Source of the DNA: Candidatus Wolframiiraptor gerlachensis
GTDB taxonomy: Archaea > Thermoproteota > Nitrososphaeria_A > Caldarchaeales > Wolframiiraptoraceae
NCBI GenBank assembly: GCA_021323375.2
Contig: JAJPCT020000018.1
Span: 32,001-96,000 of the forward strand
Length of the DNA stretch: 64,000 nucleotides
Direction of reading: 5' to 3'
The notes under the pieces are model-generated. The model was not told where the DNA came from. It did no database searches and saw only the letters and a program-made list of their open reading frames with translations. The position numbers and the translations under genes are program-made. Shown here piece after piece: positions 1 to 10,261 of the stretch. The stretch's first letter is position 1, and each line of letters opens with the position of its first letter.

Positions 1-432
1 TGAGTGGTCCCAGGAAACTTGAACTCGATCTCCTCAATTCTCCTAAGCAGTAGAACCGCCTCATCCGTTATAGTTGTTTTAATCTTCTTGCCGGCGAGAG
101 TTAATCCCAAGACCATGGGGTTGTGAGCATGCACAACGGCATTAACATCGGGTCTAACCTTGTAGACCGCTGCGTGCATGGGCCACTCGATGGATGGCTT
201 GAGGAACCCCTCAACAATATCGCCATCAAGGTTGAGCTTGACTAGGTCGTCAGGCTTGAGAGCACCCTTGAAGACCTGGCTCGGGGTAATCCAGAACTCT
301 GCCTGCCCCGGGGATCCTCGCGCTAATATTGCCGCCTAAGGCCGTGATCAGGGATCTATCATAAAGCGTCTTCGAGATCCTGATAATCTCCTCCTTAATC
401 TCATCCTCGGAGAAGAGTTCAAACTCACTCAT
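1..432 (-). pseudogene. fucA: Class II aldolase (L-fuculose-1-phosphate aldolase FucA-like), interrupted by a +1 frameshift and truncated by the window edge
   Basis: N-terminus GGNISARIPG. Removing one G from CCCGGGG (C-run 306-309 on + strand) continues the frame as QAEFWITPSQVFKGALKPDDLVKLNLDG...KPSIEWPMHAAVYKVRPDVNAVVHAH, giving the catalytic PSxE and Zn-binding HxH motifs. Could be a sequencing error. Confidence 0.85.
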
Positions 433-551
433 AGGATTGCTCGCCTAAAATCTACCTAGCAGATTAAAAAACTTATACTTTCATGGAGCCTTCCAATAAC
501 AGGCCTTCTAGCGGCTTCAGCGAAATATTTTAAATATAATCGAGCATAAAA

Positions 552-2081
552 ATGCTGTTGCCGGACATGATGAGTCAAAAGCAGGATCTTGTTCTAGTTT
601 ATGATTGTGGTTCTACAAATCTTCGAGTGCTGGCGATGGATTCCCGTGGAGAGGTTATTGCTCACAGGAGGGAATTGAATTCCACGAAGCCTCAGCCGGG
701 CGGCCACCCGGAATGGCGCATCTGGGATCTTGATGATATCTGGAAGAAGCTATGCATGCTTACACGTGGGGTGTTATCCGATCTTGGAGACAGGTATAGG
801 GTTGCTGGCGTGATAGTCACTACTTGGGGGGCCGATGGCGTGTTCGTTGATGAGAGGGGCAATCCAACCTATCCCGCGATATCATGGCAATGTCCCAGAA
901 CTAGGGAGGTTATGGATTATGTTCGGGAGCTGATCGACCCATGGGAGGTCTTCAGGATAACGGGCTACCAGTTTATATCATTTAACACGATTTTTAAGTG
1001 GATCTGGATTAGGAAGAATGCTCCGGATGCGATAAAGAGGGCTAAAGCATTTCTCATGATCCCCCACTACATATCATATAAGCTCACGGGAGAGTTTCAT
1101 GTTGAGCCGACTGATGCCTCGACAACCATGGCCATGGACTTGGCTAAGAGGGACTGGTCGGATGAAATGCTATCAATAGCGGGGGTTGATCGAGCATTAT
1201 TTCCGGAGTGGAGGGAGCCTGGAGACTATGCGGGCTATGTAACCGAGCAGGCAAGTAGGGAGACGGGCTTGAAAAAGGGCCTCCCAGTAATAGTCGGCGG
1301 CCATGACACGCAATTCGCTATCTTCGCGGCAGGTGCTCGGAGGGATGAGGCCGTCCTCTCGAGCGGGACGTGGGAAATACTCTCATTCAGATCTGAGGAA
1401 TACATCACGAGTAGAGACGCTTATGAACATGGCGTCGTGGTTGAGCTCGATGTTGAGAAAAATAGGTGGAACCCGCAATTCCTGATGATAGCATCAGGTG
1501 TTTTAGAGTGGCTTAGTAAGATAGCATACCACGAATGTGAAAAAAGATATGAGCTGATGGTTGAGGAGGCGTCGCGAATTTCCCCCGGATCGGAGGGCGT
1601 GTTCTTTCTCCCAAGCTTCTTCCCCGGCTCCGGCCCCACCGGGAAATACAATGTTCCAGGTGTGATCGTGGGGCTAACATTATCGATCACTAGAGCGCAT
1701 CTGTATAGGGCCGCTCTAGAGGGGCTCTCATACCAACTGAGGCTGGCATTAGAGCTTCTGGAAAGATCATTCAATCTTAGATTCTCGGCGATACGTGTGG
1801 TTGGAGGCGGATCGAGAAACGAGTTATGGAACATGATCCGGGCAAACATCACCGGGAGAAGGATAATCACGAGCAGATTCGCTGAGACAACAGCCTTGGG
1901 CGCGGCGATAGTGGCCTTTAAGGGCATAGGATTATTCAGAACCTTCGAGGAAGCAAGAGAAAACTTGGATTACGACCTAAAAGTAGTTGAGCCCGAAAAG
2001 GACCGAACCGTATACGAGGAATGCTATGAGCGATATCTCCAGTTATATCAAAACCTCTCCACACTTTTCAAAAATGATTGA
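552..2081 (+). CDS. fucK: L-fuculokinase (FGGY carbohydrate kinase, FucK-like); true start may be ATG 567/570
   Basis: LVYDCGSTNLR, TTWGADG, YPAISWQCPRT, SFNTIFK, GHDTQFA and VLSSGTWEIL closely track the E. coli FucK motifs as I recall them; divergent from fucA. Confidence 0.85.
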   Translation: MLLPDMMSQKQDLVLVYDCGSTNLRVLAMDSRGEVIAHRRELNSTKPQPGGHPEWRIWDLDDIWKKLCMLTRGVLSDLGDRYRVAGVIVTTWGADGVFVDERGNPTYPAISWQCPRTREVMDYVRELIDPWEVFRITGYQFISFNTIFKWIWIRKNAPDAIKRAKAFLMIPHYISYKLTGEFHVEPTDASTTMAMDLAKRDWSDEMLSIAGVDRALFPEWREPGDYAGYVTEQASRETGLKKGLPVIVGGHDTQFAIFAAGARRDEAVLSSGTWEILSFRSEEYITSRDAYEHGVVVELDVEKNRWNPQFLMIASGVLEWLSKIAYHECEKRYELMVEEASRISPGSEGVFFLPSFFPGSGPTGKYNVPGVIVGLTLSITRAHLYRAALEGLSYQLRLALELLERSFNLRFSAIRVVGGGSRNELWNMIRANITGRRIITSRFAETTALGAAIVAFKGIGLFRTFEEARENLDYDLKVVEPEKDRTVYEECYERYLQLYQNLSTLFKND

Positions 2082-2191
2082 GGGCGATATCTAACTGGAA
2101 GCTCGTCTGAAAATTATGCTTGAGATAGATGGTAAAGCGCGTCAAACGCCAGATTTATATCATCTTGCTTGCCTTTGTCTAGGCTGATAGG

Positions 2192-3580
2192 GTGAGTGGA
2201 GGAGTGGGGCGGGAGATTATAGAGGAGCTCAAATCAATTGTAGGGGATGAATGGGTTGTATCCGCTAGGGAGGCTATCGAGGGATACTTGTACGATGAGA
2301 CCCCAATACCTATTAGGCCTGAGGCATGCGATGATGTTGTTGTGGTTAAGCCTGGCTGCTCTGAGGAGGTGTCGAGAATACTTCAGCTCGCGAATAAGTA
2401 TCTGATTCCGGTGTTCCCTAGAGGCGGTGGGACGGGTCTTGCTGGGGCATGCATTCCAACTATGAGCGGGATAATTTTGTCGCTTGAGCGGATGAATAAG
2501 ATCATCGTTGATACTGATAATTTGATGGCTGAGGCCGAGGCTGGGGCGACGCTTAAGGACCTTATCGAGGCCGCGGATAGGGCGGGCTTATCCTTCCCGC
2601 TTCATCCAGGTGATGAGGGTGCTCAGATCGGCGGATTGATAGCGTGTAACGCTGGTGGTGCTAGGGCGATTAAAACCGGGGTAATGAGGAACTGCGTCAA
2701 GGGGATTGAGGTTGTCCTGCCGACGGGTGAGATAATTAGGCTGGGTGGAAAGGTTCTGAAGAATAATGTCGGCTATGACTTAATGCACTTGATTATCGGT
2801 AGTGAGGGGACGCTGGGAGTGATAACCAAGGCTTGGATAAGGCTTCAGCCTAGGGATATTGCCTCCGCCACGATAGTCATCCCGTTTGAGAGGAGGGAAC
2901 AGGCTCTGGGAATAGTTCCAAAGATATTCAAGGAGGGGATAGTGCCCCTGGCCGTGGAGTATGTTGAGAGGAATCTTGTCGAGATGGTTGCGAGGAGCCT
3001 TGGGCTTAAATGGCCATGCGCCTCGGCGGAATACCAGCTGATCGTCATTCTGTCTGAGACCTCCGAGGACGCGCTTCTTGGCGCCCTAGAGAGGCTTCTC
3101 AATCTCTGTGAGAAGTCTGGTGCCCTTGAGCCGGTGGTAGCTGAGACGAGGAAGGAGCAGGATGAGATCCTGAAGATTAGGAGCGAGATCTATTCCACCC
3201 TCAAGCCTAACATGGTTGATATACTGGATGCAACCGTCCCTCCCGCCAGATTGATAGACTTAATAGAGAAGGTGAATGAGCTTGAGAAGAAATATGGCGT
3301 CTACATGCCCGTTTATGGACATGCTGGGGATGGGAATCTACACGTGCATCTAATGAAGTGGGATGGATGGACTGATGAAAGATATGATGAGCTTAGGAGA
3401 GTAATTTATGCTAAGGCCCTCGAGCTCGGAGGGACGATAACCGGGGAGCATGGCATAGGATATGTTAGGAGAAAGTATGTTGAGATGGTGCTAGATAGAA
3501 AATCAGTCGAGCTCATGAGGGAGATTAAGAGGATCTTTGACCCGAATAACATATTGAATCCTGATAAAGTTCTACCATGA
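2192..3580 (+). CDS. FAD-linked 2-hydroxyacid oxidoreductase (GlcD / D-lactate dehydrogenase family)
   Basis: PRGGGTGL, IGGLIACNAGG, GYDL..LIIGSEGTLG, GHAGDGNLH, GEHGIG, FDPNNILNP. Confidence 0.9.
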   Translation: MSGGVGREIIEELKSIVGDEWVVSAREAIEGYLYDETPIPIRPEACDDVVVVKPGCSEEVSRILQLANKYLIPVFPRGGGTGLAGACIPTMSGIILSLERMNKIIVDTDNLMAEAEAGATLKDLIEAADRAGLSFPLHPGDEGAQIGGLIACNAGGARAIKTGVMRNCVKGIEVVLPTGEIIRLGGKVLKNNVGYDLMHLIIGSEGTLGVITKAWIRLQPRDIASATIVIPFERREQALGIVPKIFKEGIVPLAVEYVERNLVEMVARSLGLKWPCASAEYQLIVILSETSEDALLGALERLLNLCEKSGALEPVVAETRKEQDEILKIRSEIYSTLKPNMVDILDATVPPARLIDLIEKVNELEKKYGVYMPVYGHAGDGNLHVHLMKWDGWTDERYDELRRVIYAKALELGGTITGEHGIGYVRRKYVEMVLDRKSVELMREIKRIFDPNNILNPDKVLP

Positions 3581-3592
3581 GTAGTAAGCGCT

Positions 3593-5365
3593 TCACATGC
3601 TCGAACTTCTCTTGATGATGTTATCGAATTCTTTAAGCGCCTCCTCAAGGTATTCTCTCGAGATCCTTCCAAGCGGGGTCGGCGTCTCGATTATTCTCCT
3701 CGGTATTCTTAGACCGCTTGCCCTGAAGCCCTCCTCCCATTTCAGCCTTTGCTTCTCGAAGTATATCTCCCTACCAAGCCTCTTGAGATCTTCTGGAGAG
3801 TAATCATAGCCGAGGCTTCTCAATGCCTCAGAGACGAGGTTCTCGTCATAGACTCCCCTCGCGAAGAGGCATAATACGAGTGATGTGAGGATCTGCCTCC
3901 AAGCCTCCTCCTCAATGATCCTCTGAACCGCTTCTCGTGGGCTGGGCAGCCTCTCACCCAAGGAGAATATTTTCTGGTCTAGGGAGTATGCGCCGGAGTC
4001 TAGGTGCGAGTGTCTGAACCCTATTGCGAGGGAGATGAAGAATAATGGGCCGGTCAGATATCCGGCTGGCTCAATCCTGTTAAAGGCCATGGCGAAGTCC
4101 TCTCCACCATATCTTCTAGCCGCCTCCTCGACGCCCATCGCGAGGACCTTATAGAACTCGTTGGGTTGACTCACGATGTTCTCTATGGCCGCCATGTAGC
4201 CCCTCCAATCGCCCCACTTGAGATCCACAAGCGTCTCGGATTTCGTGATTAGGCCGCGCTCGAGGGCCTCCGTCGCCCATGCTAGGATGACTCCAGTGGA
4301 GATCGCGTCAAGACCCCAGTCCTCCACCGCTTTAAAGAGCTTGAGGAGGCCGAATCTATCCCTGACCCCGAGGTTCGTGCCGAGAGCATAGATGGGTTCA
4401 TAGTCATATGAGATGAACTCGGTCTTATACATGAACCTCTCATCCTCATATTCCTCTCTTATGGCTGCGAGGTGTATGCAGGCGACGGGGCATGCTGAGC
4501 AGGCGACCCTGCGCGCGAGCACGTTCTCAACTAAGGCCTCACCACTAATCTCCTCAGCCGCATCAAACCTGCCCGAGCTGAAGTTCTTCGTGGGCAGGGC
4601 CCCTATCGCGTTGAGAACAAGCACGTTCTCTGCTGTTCCGAGGTCATGGTATTTTTTGGTCTTCGGGCCCTTGGCGAGATCATAGATCTTCTTATAGATA
4701 TCCCGATAACGCCTCATGTCCGGGAATCTGTAGACCTTTTCCGGGGCTACGACTATGGCCTTGAGCTTCTTGGAGCCGAAGACGGCGCCGAGGCCCATCC
4801 TCCCGAAGTGGCGGAAAGTCTCAACCATGACCATAGCATATCTCACCAGCTTCTCTCCAGCCCCACCTATCCTAAGAATACTCCTCATTCCGGCTCCCGG
4901 GGTAATCTCTCTGAGAATTCTCCCGACGGTCTCGGCGCTTCTAACACCCCAGAGAGCGCTCGCATCTCTAAACCTCACTCGATCATGCTCTATCACGAGA
5001 TATACCGGCCTCTCGCTCACACCTCTTATCACGATCGCGCCATATCCCGCGAACCTTATTGCTAAAGCCGACCTCCCGCCCGCATGGGACTCCGCGAAAT
5101 AGCCGTTTAAAGGAGACTTGAAGACCGCAACAGTCTTTGACGCCATCGGAAATACTCCCGTTAATGGGCCGACGGCGAATATTATCGCGTTCTCCGGGCT
5201 CAGCGGGTCGGCGCCCCTCGGGACCTCCTCCTTATAGAGCTGGGCCGCCACACCTATTCCGCCAAGCCATCTACTGAAGAGGTCTTCACGATCCTCAACC
5301 CAATACCTCTTCCTAGCCAGGTCCACGTAAAGCACTCTTGAAAGCGTCCTCACCCAGTATGACAT
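3593..5365 (-). CDS. Tungsten-type aldehyde:ferredoxin oxidoreductase (AOR/WOR family), catalytic subunit
   Basis: KSPL, GRMGLGAVFGSKKLKAI, CxxCxxxC (CSACPVAC), pterin-binding DxxGLD (EDWGLDAIS), distal Cys in LVLCLF. Confidence 0.9.
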   Translation of the reverse strand: MSYWVRTLSRVLYVDLARKRYWVEDREDLFSRWLGGIGVAAQLYKEEVPRGADPLSPENAIIFAVGPLTGVFPMASKTVAVFKSPLNGYFAESHAGGRSALAIRFAGYGAIVIRGVSERPVYLVIEHDRVRFRDASALWGVRSAETVGRILREITPGAGMRSILRIGGAGEKLVRYAMVMVETFRHFGRMGLGAVFGSKKLKAIVVAPEKVYRFPDMRRYRDIYKKIYDLAKGPKTKKYHDLGTAENVLVLNAIGALPTKNFSSGRFDAAEEISGEALVENVLARRVACSACPVACIHLAAIREEYEDERFMYKTEFISYDYEPIYALGTNLGVRDRFGLLKLFKAVEDWGLDAISTGVILAWATEALERGLITKSETLVDLKWGDWRGYMAAIENIVSQPNEFYKVLAMGVEEAARRYGGEDFAMAFNRIEPAGYLTGPLFFISLAIGFRHSHLDSGAYSLDQKIFSLGERLPSPREAVQRIIEEEAWRQILTSLVLCLFARGVYDENLVSEALRSLGYDYSPEDLKRLGREIYFEKQRLKWEEGFRASGLRIPRRIIETPTPLGRISREYLEEALKEFDNIIKRSSSM

Positions 5366-5772
5366 ACAACCTCCACCTCTTGGAGCCTTATCACCTTATG
5401 GGGGCAGAACTGGGCACAGTATCCGCAGTATACGCAGATTATGGGCTTCCCAGTCTCTTCATCCATCCATATCGCGCCTATATCGCATGCCTCGGCGCAG
5501 TGGCCGCAACCATTACATCGCTCGGGTTTCAGGAGGACTCCTCCGCCGGGCCTCGGGATCAACGCATCCTCGGGACATACTCTGGCACATGGTGGATCCA
5601 AGCATGCCCTACAGACGATAACCGTGAAGCCCCGCTCAACACCACCAGCACTGCGAACCTTGATTGCCGACTTCTCATACCCGGCGAAGCCAAGCCTCCT
5701 AGAGCAGGCGAGCATGCAGAGCTGGCACCCAACACACCTATTCGCATCAAGAACTGCTAACCTCTTAACCAA
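5350..5772 (-). CDS. 4x[4Fe-4S] DmsB-type electron-transfer subunit of the AOR (start placed at TTG 5772)
   Basis: CVGCQLCMLAC, CRACLDPPCARVCP, CNGCGHCAEAC, CVYCGYCAQFCP; overlaps the AOR start. Confidence 0.88.
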   Translation of the reverse strand: MVKRLAVLDANRCVGCQLCMLACSRRLGFAGYEKSAIKVRSAGGVERGFTVIVCRACLDPPCARVCPEDALIPRPGGGVLLKPERCNGCGHCAEACDIGAIWMDEETGKPIICVYCGYCAQFCPHKVIRLQEVEVVCHTG

Positions 5773-6051
5773 GCAAATAACCCTCAACAACTAAATGATC
5801 CGCCAGCTTTAAACATTTCCAGATGATCACCACGATACACACTCATCGGGATAAGTCCAATAGAGATAAAACTTTACAGTTTCGGCGATAACTAGTTTCA
5901 CAACAATAGGCTTGCAGCTAAGAATCGTTTATGACGTCGCATCACCTGCTTTAACATCCACCCGAGAGTATCCCCCATCATATTCATGCCTAGGTTATCG
6001 TGGGGGTTTAGTTTAGATTAAAATGCGCCGAGGATATTTTCTATCGTAGCC

Positions 6052-8331
6052 GTGAGAGGGATGGAGTTGCTCGCGGAGGTTGCGCGGAGGCTTGAGGAGG
6101 CTGTTAGGTCGAATCATCGGGTCCTAGTATACTTGGTGAACGAGTGTGTTCAACGCGGCATCTTCAAGTCAATCTTGGATCAGTTCATCGGCGTCAGGGA
6201 TAATCCCCGGATCCTACTCGCGTATAGGGAGAGGGGGGATTTGATGACGAGGATGCTGATCAACGAGATGCAGGGGGTGAGGTTCAGCGAGGTAAATTAT
6301 GATGATGTTGAGAAGATTCTTGGGACGACATGGGACGCCGTCATAATGGATGTTAATCGGCAGATGAGGCCGAATGACCTCGGGATACTCGTCGAGGTGG
6401 TAAGGGGCGGCGGGATGGTGATGATGATCGGGCCATCAGCCCGGGAGATCGACTCATGGTTAACCGACTTCCATCTGAAGTGCGTGACGCCGCCATTCGA
6501 GGTAAAGGATCTGGTGAAGAGGTTTGAGAGGAGGATGTTCTCGAAGACGATCGGGAGGTCCGGCGTCATCTACATAGACCCTGACGGCGAGGTGGCTTTT
6601 GGCGACATCCCGTCACCCCAGCCTAGGATTATCACGGAGCCCTTCGGCACAATCTTCCCGCGAGAGATCTATGAGCTCTGCATCACGAATGATCAGATTC
6701 TTGCCTTGAAGGCTATTGAGAAGCTCCTGCCGAAGAGGAGATGGGCCCTCATCTTAAAGGCTAATCGTGGGAGGGGTAAGTCAGCGGTCCTAGGCCTCAT
6801 AGCTGCATGCCTAATAATAGGAAGGAGGAAGAGGAGGTTCAAGGATATACTCGTGACATCGCCAGAACCCGAGAATGTTCAGATGGTCTTTGAATTTGCT
6901 TGTAGGGGGCTGGATAGGATTGGCGTGGAGTATGATCTTAGGGAGCGGCAGGGCCTACCAATAGAGCTGGAGTGCAAGTTCACGAGGATGTTCTATAGAA
7001 GACCTCTATCAGCATTGAATGCGAAGGCTGGGATAGCTCTGATAGATGAGGCGGCTGGAATACCTGTCCCAATACTCCTCGGCTTCAAGAAGAGGTTCTG
7101 GAGGGCGATCTACTCCTCGACGATACATGGCTATGAGGGTGCCGGCAGGGGGTTCATGGTAAGACTTCTCACGAGGCTTAGAAAGGAGTTCCGCCAAGAC
7201 TTTATGGAGCTGGAGATGAAGGAGCCGATAAGATATAGCAATGGGGATCCGGTTGAGTCATGGCTCTACGACGTACTCCTTCTCGACTCCGAACCGGCGA
7301 TCCTAGACCCGGATGAGCTAGAACTAAGGCCCGAGGAATGCGAGTACACGGAGCTTGACAAAGATAAGCTGTTCATGGAGAATGAGCATATCCTGAGGCA
7401 GCTTATAGGTCTCTATGTCCTAACGCATTATAGGAACAGGCCGAATGATGTCGCTATGCTAGCGAACTCGCCGCATCACATGATCCGGGCGCTGCTCTCG
7501 CCGAACGGCAAGGTGCTCGCAGCCCTCCATCTCTGTCTCGAAGGCGATCTATCGGATGAGCTGCTACGAGAGATTGAGACCCTGCCAAAGGGCCACATGA
7601 TACCATCGGTGATAAGCAGATACTATCCATACATGAAGAGCTTTGGGAGGCTTAGGGGCTTAAGGGTCGTGAGGATAGCAGTCCACCCATCACTATGGGG
7701 ACGAGGCTTCGGCTCCCATATTCTCCAGAAACTCAGCGAGGAGTTCAGGCAGAAGGGCTTCGACTGGGTTGGAGCAGGATTCGGCGCGAGCCCGCAGCTA
7801 CTACGCTTCTGGTTCAAGAACGACTTCTATCCCGTGGCGATAGGGCCGCTCAGGAACAAGGTTTCCGGGGAATTCAGTGTGATAGTTGTGAAGCCGTTAA
7901 CCCCGAAGGCTGAGAGATTCGTCGAGGAGCTCGGGAGAGAGTTCAGGCTCAGGTTGATAAACGGCCTCTCGGACCCATACTTCGACATGGATCTTGAGAC
8001 TGCTTGGATACTATTATCTAAGACAGCCGGCAGCTATAGGCCAAGACCATATTTCAGGGGCTCTCAGAAGATGAGGCTTGAATCCTACCTGAAAGAATAT
8101 GTAAATTATGAGGGCGCATCCGACGCGATCAAGTGTCTCGTTGAGGCCCACTTCCTATCAACGAAGAACAAGAGGATTGGGCTCTCAGAGAAGGCCGAGA
8201 AGCTCCTGATAGCGAAGACGCTTCAGGGGAGAAGATGGGATCAGATAGGCAAGATACTTAAAGAGAAGCCGGAGGACCTAATAAGCCTGATGAGGGAGAC
8301 GGTCATCAAGCTCTCGGAACATTATCTATAG
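6052..8331 (+). CDS. tmcA: tRNA/rRNA cytidine acetyltransferase TmcA/Nat10
   Basis: Helicase-like ANRGRGKSA, IDEAAG and STIHGYEGAGRGF; HYRNRPND; GNAT RVVRIAVHP..GRGFGS. Confidence 0.93.
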   Translation: MRGMELLAEVARRLEEAVRSNHRVLVYLVNECVQRGIFKSILDQFIGVRDNPRILLAYRERGDLMTRMLINEMQGVRFSEVNYDDVEKILGTTWDAVIMDVNRQMRPNDLGILVEVVRGGGMVMMIGPSAREIDSWLTDFHLKCVTPPFEVKDLVKRFERRMFSKTIGRSGVIYIDPDGEVAFGDIPSPQPRIITEPFGTIFPREIYELCITNDQILALKAIEKLLPKRRWALILKANRGRGKSAVLGLIAACLIIGRRKRRFKDILVTSPEPENVQMVFEFACRGLDRIGVEYDLRERQGLPIELECKFTRMFYRRPLSALNAKAGIALIDEAAGIPVPILLGFKKRFWRAIYSSTIHGYEGAGRGFMVRLLTRLRKEFRQDFMELEMKEPIRYSNGDPVESWLYDVLLLDSEPAILDPDELELRPEECEYTELDKDKLFMENEHILRQLIGLYVLTHYRNRPNDVAMLANSPHHMIRALLSPNGKVLAALHLCLEGDLSDELLREIETLPKGHMIPSVISRYYPYMKSFGRLRGLRVVRIAVHPSLWGRGFGSHILQKLSEEFRQKGFDWVGAGFGASPQLLRFWFKNDFYPVAIGPLRNKVSGEFSVIVVKPLTPKAERFVEELGREFRLRLINGLSDPYFDMDLETAWILLSKTAGSYRPRPYFRGSQKMRLESYLKEYVNYEGASDAIKCLVEAHFLSTKNKRIGLSEKAEKLLIAKTLQGRRWDQIGKILKEKPEDLISLMRETVIKLSEHYL

Positions 8332-8493
8332 CCTCTTTCACCAAGAAATTCTTGGCCAAAGCCGTCCTAATGCCTTGGATGAATGATTTACGTGAATGTG
8401 CACTGGATGTGATGTACCTCAATAGTCTATGTATGAAACTATAGATTATGGAGGGATGATATTTATTGTGATAACACGAGCTCGTAATGGGCT

Positions 8494-9531
8494 TTGGATA
8501 CAGCAACAATCGCGCTAGGAATAGGCTATTTTCTTTCCTTCTTAATGGCGGTAGCTCTAGGTGGAAATGATGCCGCAACACCATGTGATACCTCTGTCGG
8601 CGCTAGGGTTATCTCGATTAAGAACGCGCTCATCCTCTTCGCGATCTTCACGAGCATTGGCGCGCTGACGCAGGGATACATGGTAATGAAGACTATCGGC
8701 AGGGGCATAGTGCCGGCAATAGACCTGCTCGGAGTCCTAATAACGGTCTCGGTAGCATTCGCATGGATAATGTTCTGTAACTTCTATGGCCTCGAGATCT
8801 CCGTCACCCACTCGATAACAGGCGCCGTCCTAGGCTACGGGATCGCGGCTTATGGCCTCGGCCGCGTCAACTGGAGCCTCATGACAAACATAGTCGTGAG
8901 CTGGATAGCATCACCCTTATTCGCGATGCTCATGGCATACTCTGTCTACAAGCTTCTAGCGCGCATGATAAGAGAGAAAAACTCGCTGGCCTCAAGGACG
9001 ATGCCCATTCTTCTCATAGCAGCCCTCTGCTACTCGGCCTACGCGTTTGGCACGAATGATATAGCTAATGCCACGGGCGTCTACGTGACGATAAGCCAGA
9101 TAGTCTTCGGGGGACTGCCGGAGCAGAACATAATGTTCATCCTCGCGGCGTTTGGGAGCATCGGCGTGGCTACTGGAGGCTTCCTCCTCGGAGCCAGGGT
9201 CATCGGGACCGTAGCCTTCAGGATAACTAGGCTCGACCCGGTTTCGGGATTCGCGGCCGAGCTAGCTAACGCCTTCATAGTACACATGTTCACAACAATA
9301 CCATACATGATCATCGGCTATGGTATACCGATCTCAACATCAATCGCCGGCGTAGGCGCCGTGATAGGAGTCGGCCTCGCCATGTACAGGTCGGCGGGCG
9401 TGAATAAGAGGACTGTTCTAAAGCTTTTCATGGCCTGGGTTGGGACCGTCACAGTCACGGCCGCCGCAAGCTACATGCTCTACACGCTCATCGCGCCGGT
9501 AACAGGTCCCATACTTGAACCAAAAACTTAA
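8494..9531 (+). CDS. pitA: Inorganic phosphate transporter, PiT family
   Basis: Two PiT signature motifs (GGNDAA and GTNDIAN); multi-pass hydrophobic protein. Confidence 0.9.
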   Translation: MDTATIALGIGYFLSFLMAVALGGNDAATPCDTSVGARVISIKNALILFAIFTSIGALTQGYMVMKTIGRGIVPAIDLLGVLITVSVAFAWIMFCNFYGLEISVTHSITGAVLGYGIAAYGLGRVNWSLMTNIVVSWIASPLFAMLMAYSVYKLLARMIREKNSLASRTMPILLIAALCYSAYAFGTNDIANATGVYVTISQIVFGGLPEQNIMFILAAFGSIGVATGGFLLGARVIGTVAFRITRLDPVSGFAAELANAFIVHMFTTIPYMIIGYGIPISTSIAGVGAVIGVGLAMYRSAGVNKRTVLKLFMAWVGTVTVTAAASYMLYTLIAPVTGPILEPKT

Positions 9532-9574
9532 TTATAATCAGAGTTAGGGAGATCATGTAAGATCCTCGGAGGTA

Positions 9575-10261
9575 ATGATTTTGGCGTTTAAGGGTCATCC
9601 GATGATCTGGCTTGGGAGGAAGCGGGAGCGGGAGATGCTAAAGCTCTCTAAGCTCCACTTCGACAAGGTCGTGGAGCTTACAAAGGCCTTCAAGGAGTAT
9701 ATTGCATTATACTCAAGTTGCAGACCGGAGGAGTATTCCAGCAAGTATCAGATGATATTCGAGCTCGAGAGAGAGGCGGATGAGGAGAAGGAGAGGATAA
9801 TCTCGGAGGTCTCGAGGGGTCCGTTCCACCCGATTGACCGCGAGGATATAATTAGCCTAGTATTGACCGTTGATGACATCGCGGCAAACCTGAAGTCTGC
9901 CACTCGAAGGCTCCTCTACACGGATTCGAGGAATGTTCCTGAGGCTGTTAGAGGTAAGCTAGTGGGGCTTGCGGATCTCATGGTTGAGATAGTCGAGAAG
10001 CTGGGAGAAGCTTTTAACGCGCTGATAGAGGGGTCAAAGGATACGCTAAAGCTCGCCGACCTAGTTGAGCGGAAGGAGGAGGAGATAGACGAATTCAGAC
10101 ATGATCTGATTAATGATGTGTTGAAGTGGGGCGATTCCTCCGGGAGGCTTAGCGACGTCTTGATGGTGAAGGAAGCTGTGGAGAATATTGAAACCGCATC
10201 GGATAAGGCCGAGGATGTCGCAGACCTCATAAGAAGGATAACTGTCACGAGGATCCCATAG
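9575..10261 (+). CDS. DUF47 / PhoU-like phosphate transport regulator
   Basis: LEREAD, PIDREDI, DDIA, KEEEID, SDKAEDVAD; directly downstream of pit. Confidence 0.88.
   Translation: MILAFKGHPMIWLGRKREREMLKLSKLHFDKVVELTKAFKEYIALYSSCRPEEYSSKYQMIFELEREADEEKERIISEVSRGPFHPIDREDIISLVLTVDDIAANLKSATRRLLYTDSRNVPEAVRGKLVGLADLMVEIVEKLGEAFNALIEGSKDTLKLADLVERKEEEIDEFRHDLINDVLKWGDSSGRLSDVLMVKEAVENIETASDKAEDVADLIRRITVTRIP

Noticed and set aside
5800-6050. Possible gene relic or sRNA between the AOR FeS gene and tmcA
   Set aside because: Only short interrupted frames with no recognisable family, and no convincing C/D boxes or stable hairpin.
8420-8450. Phosphate-box-like CTAT repeats upstream of pit
   Set aside because: Too short and irregular (12-nt spacing) to distinguish from AT-rich promoter background.
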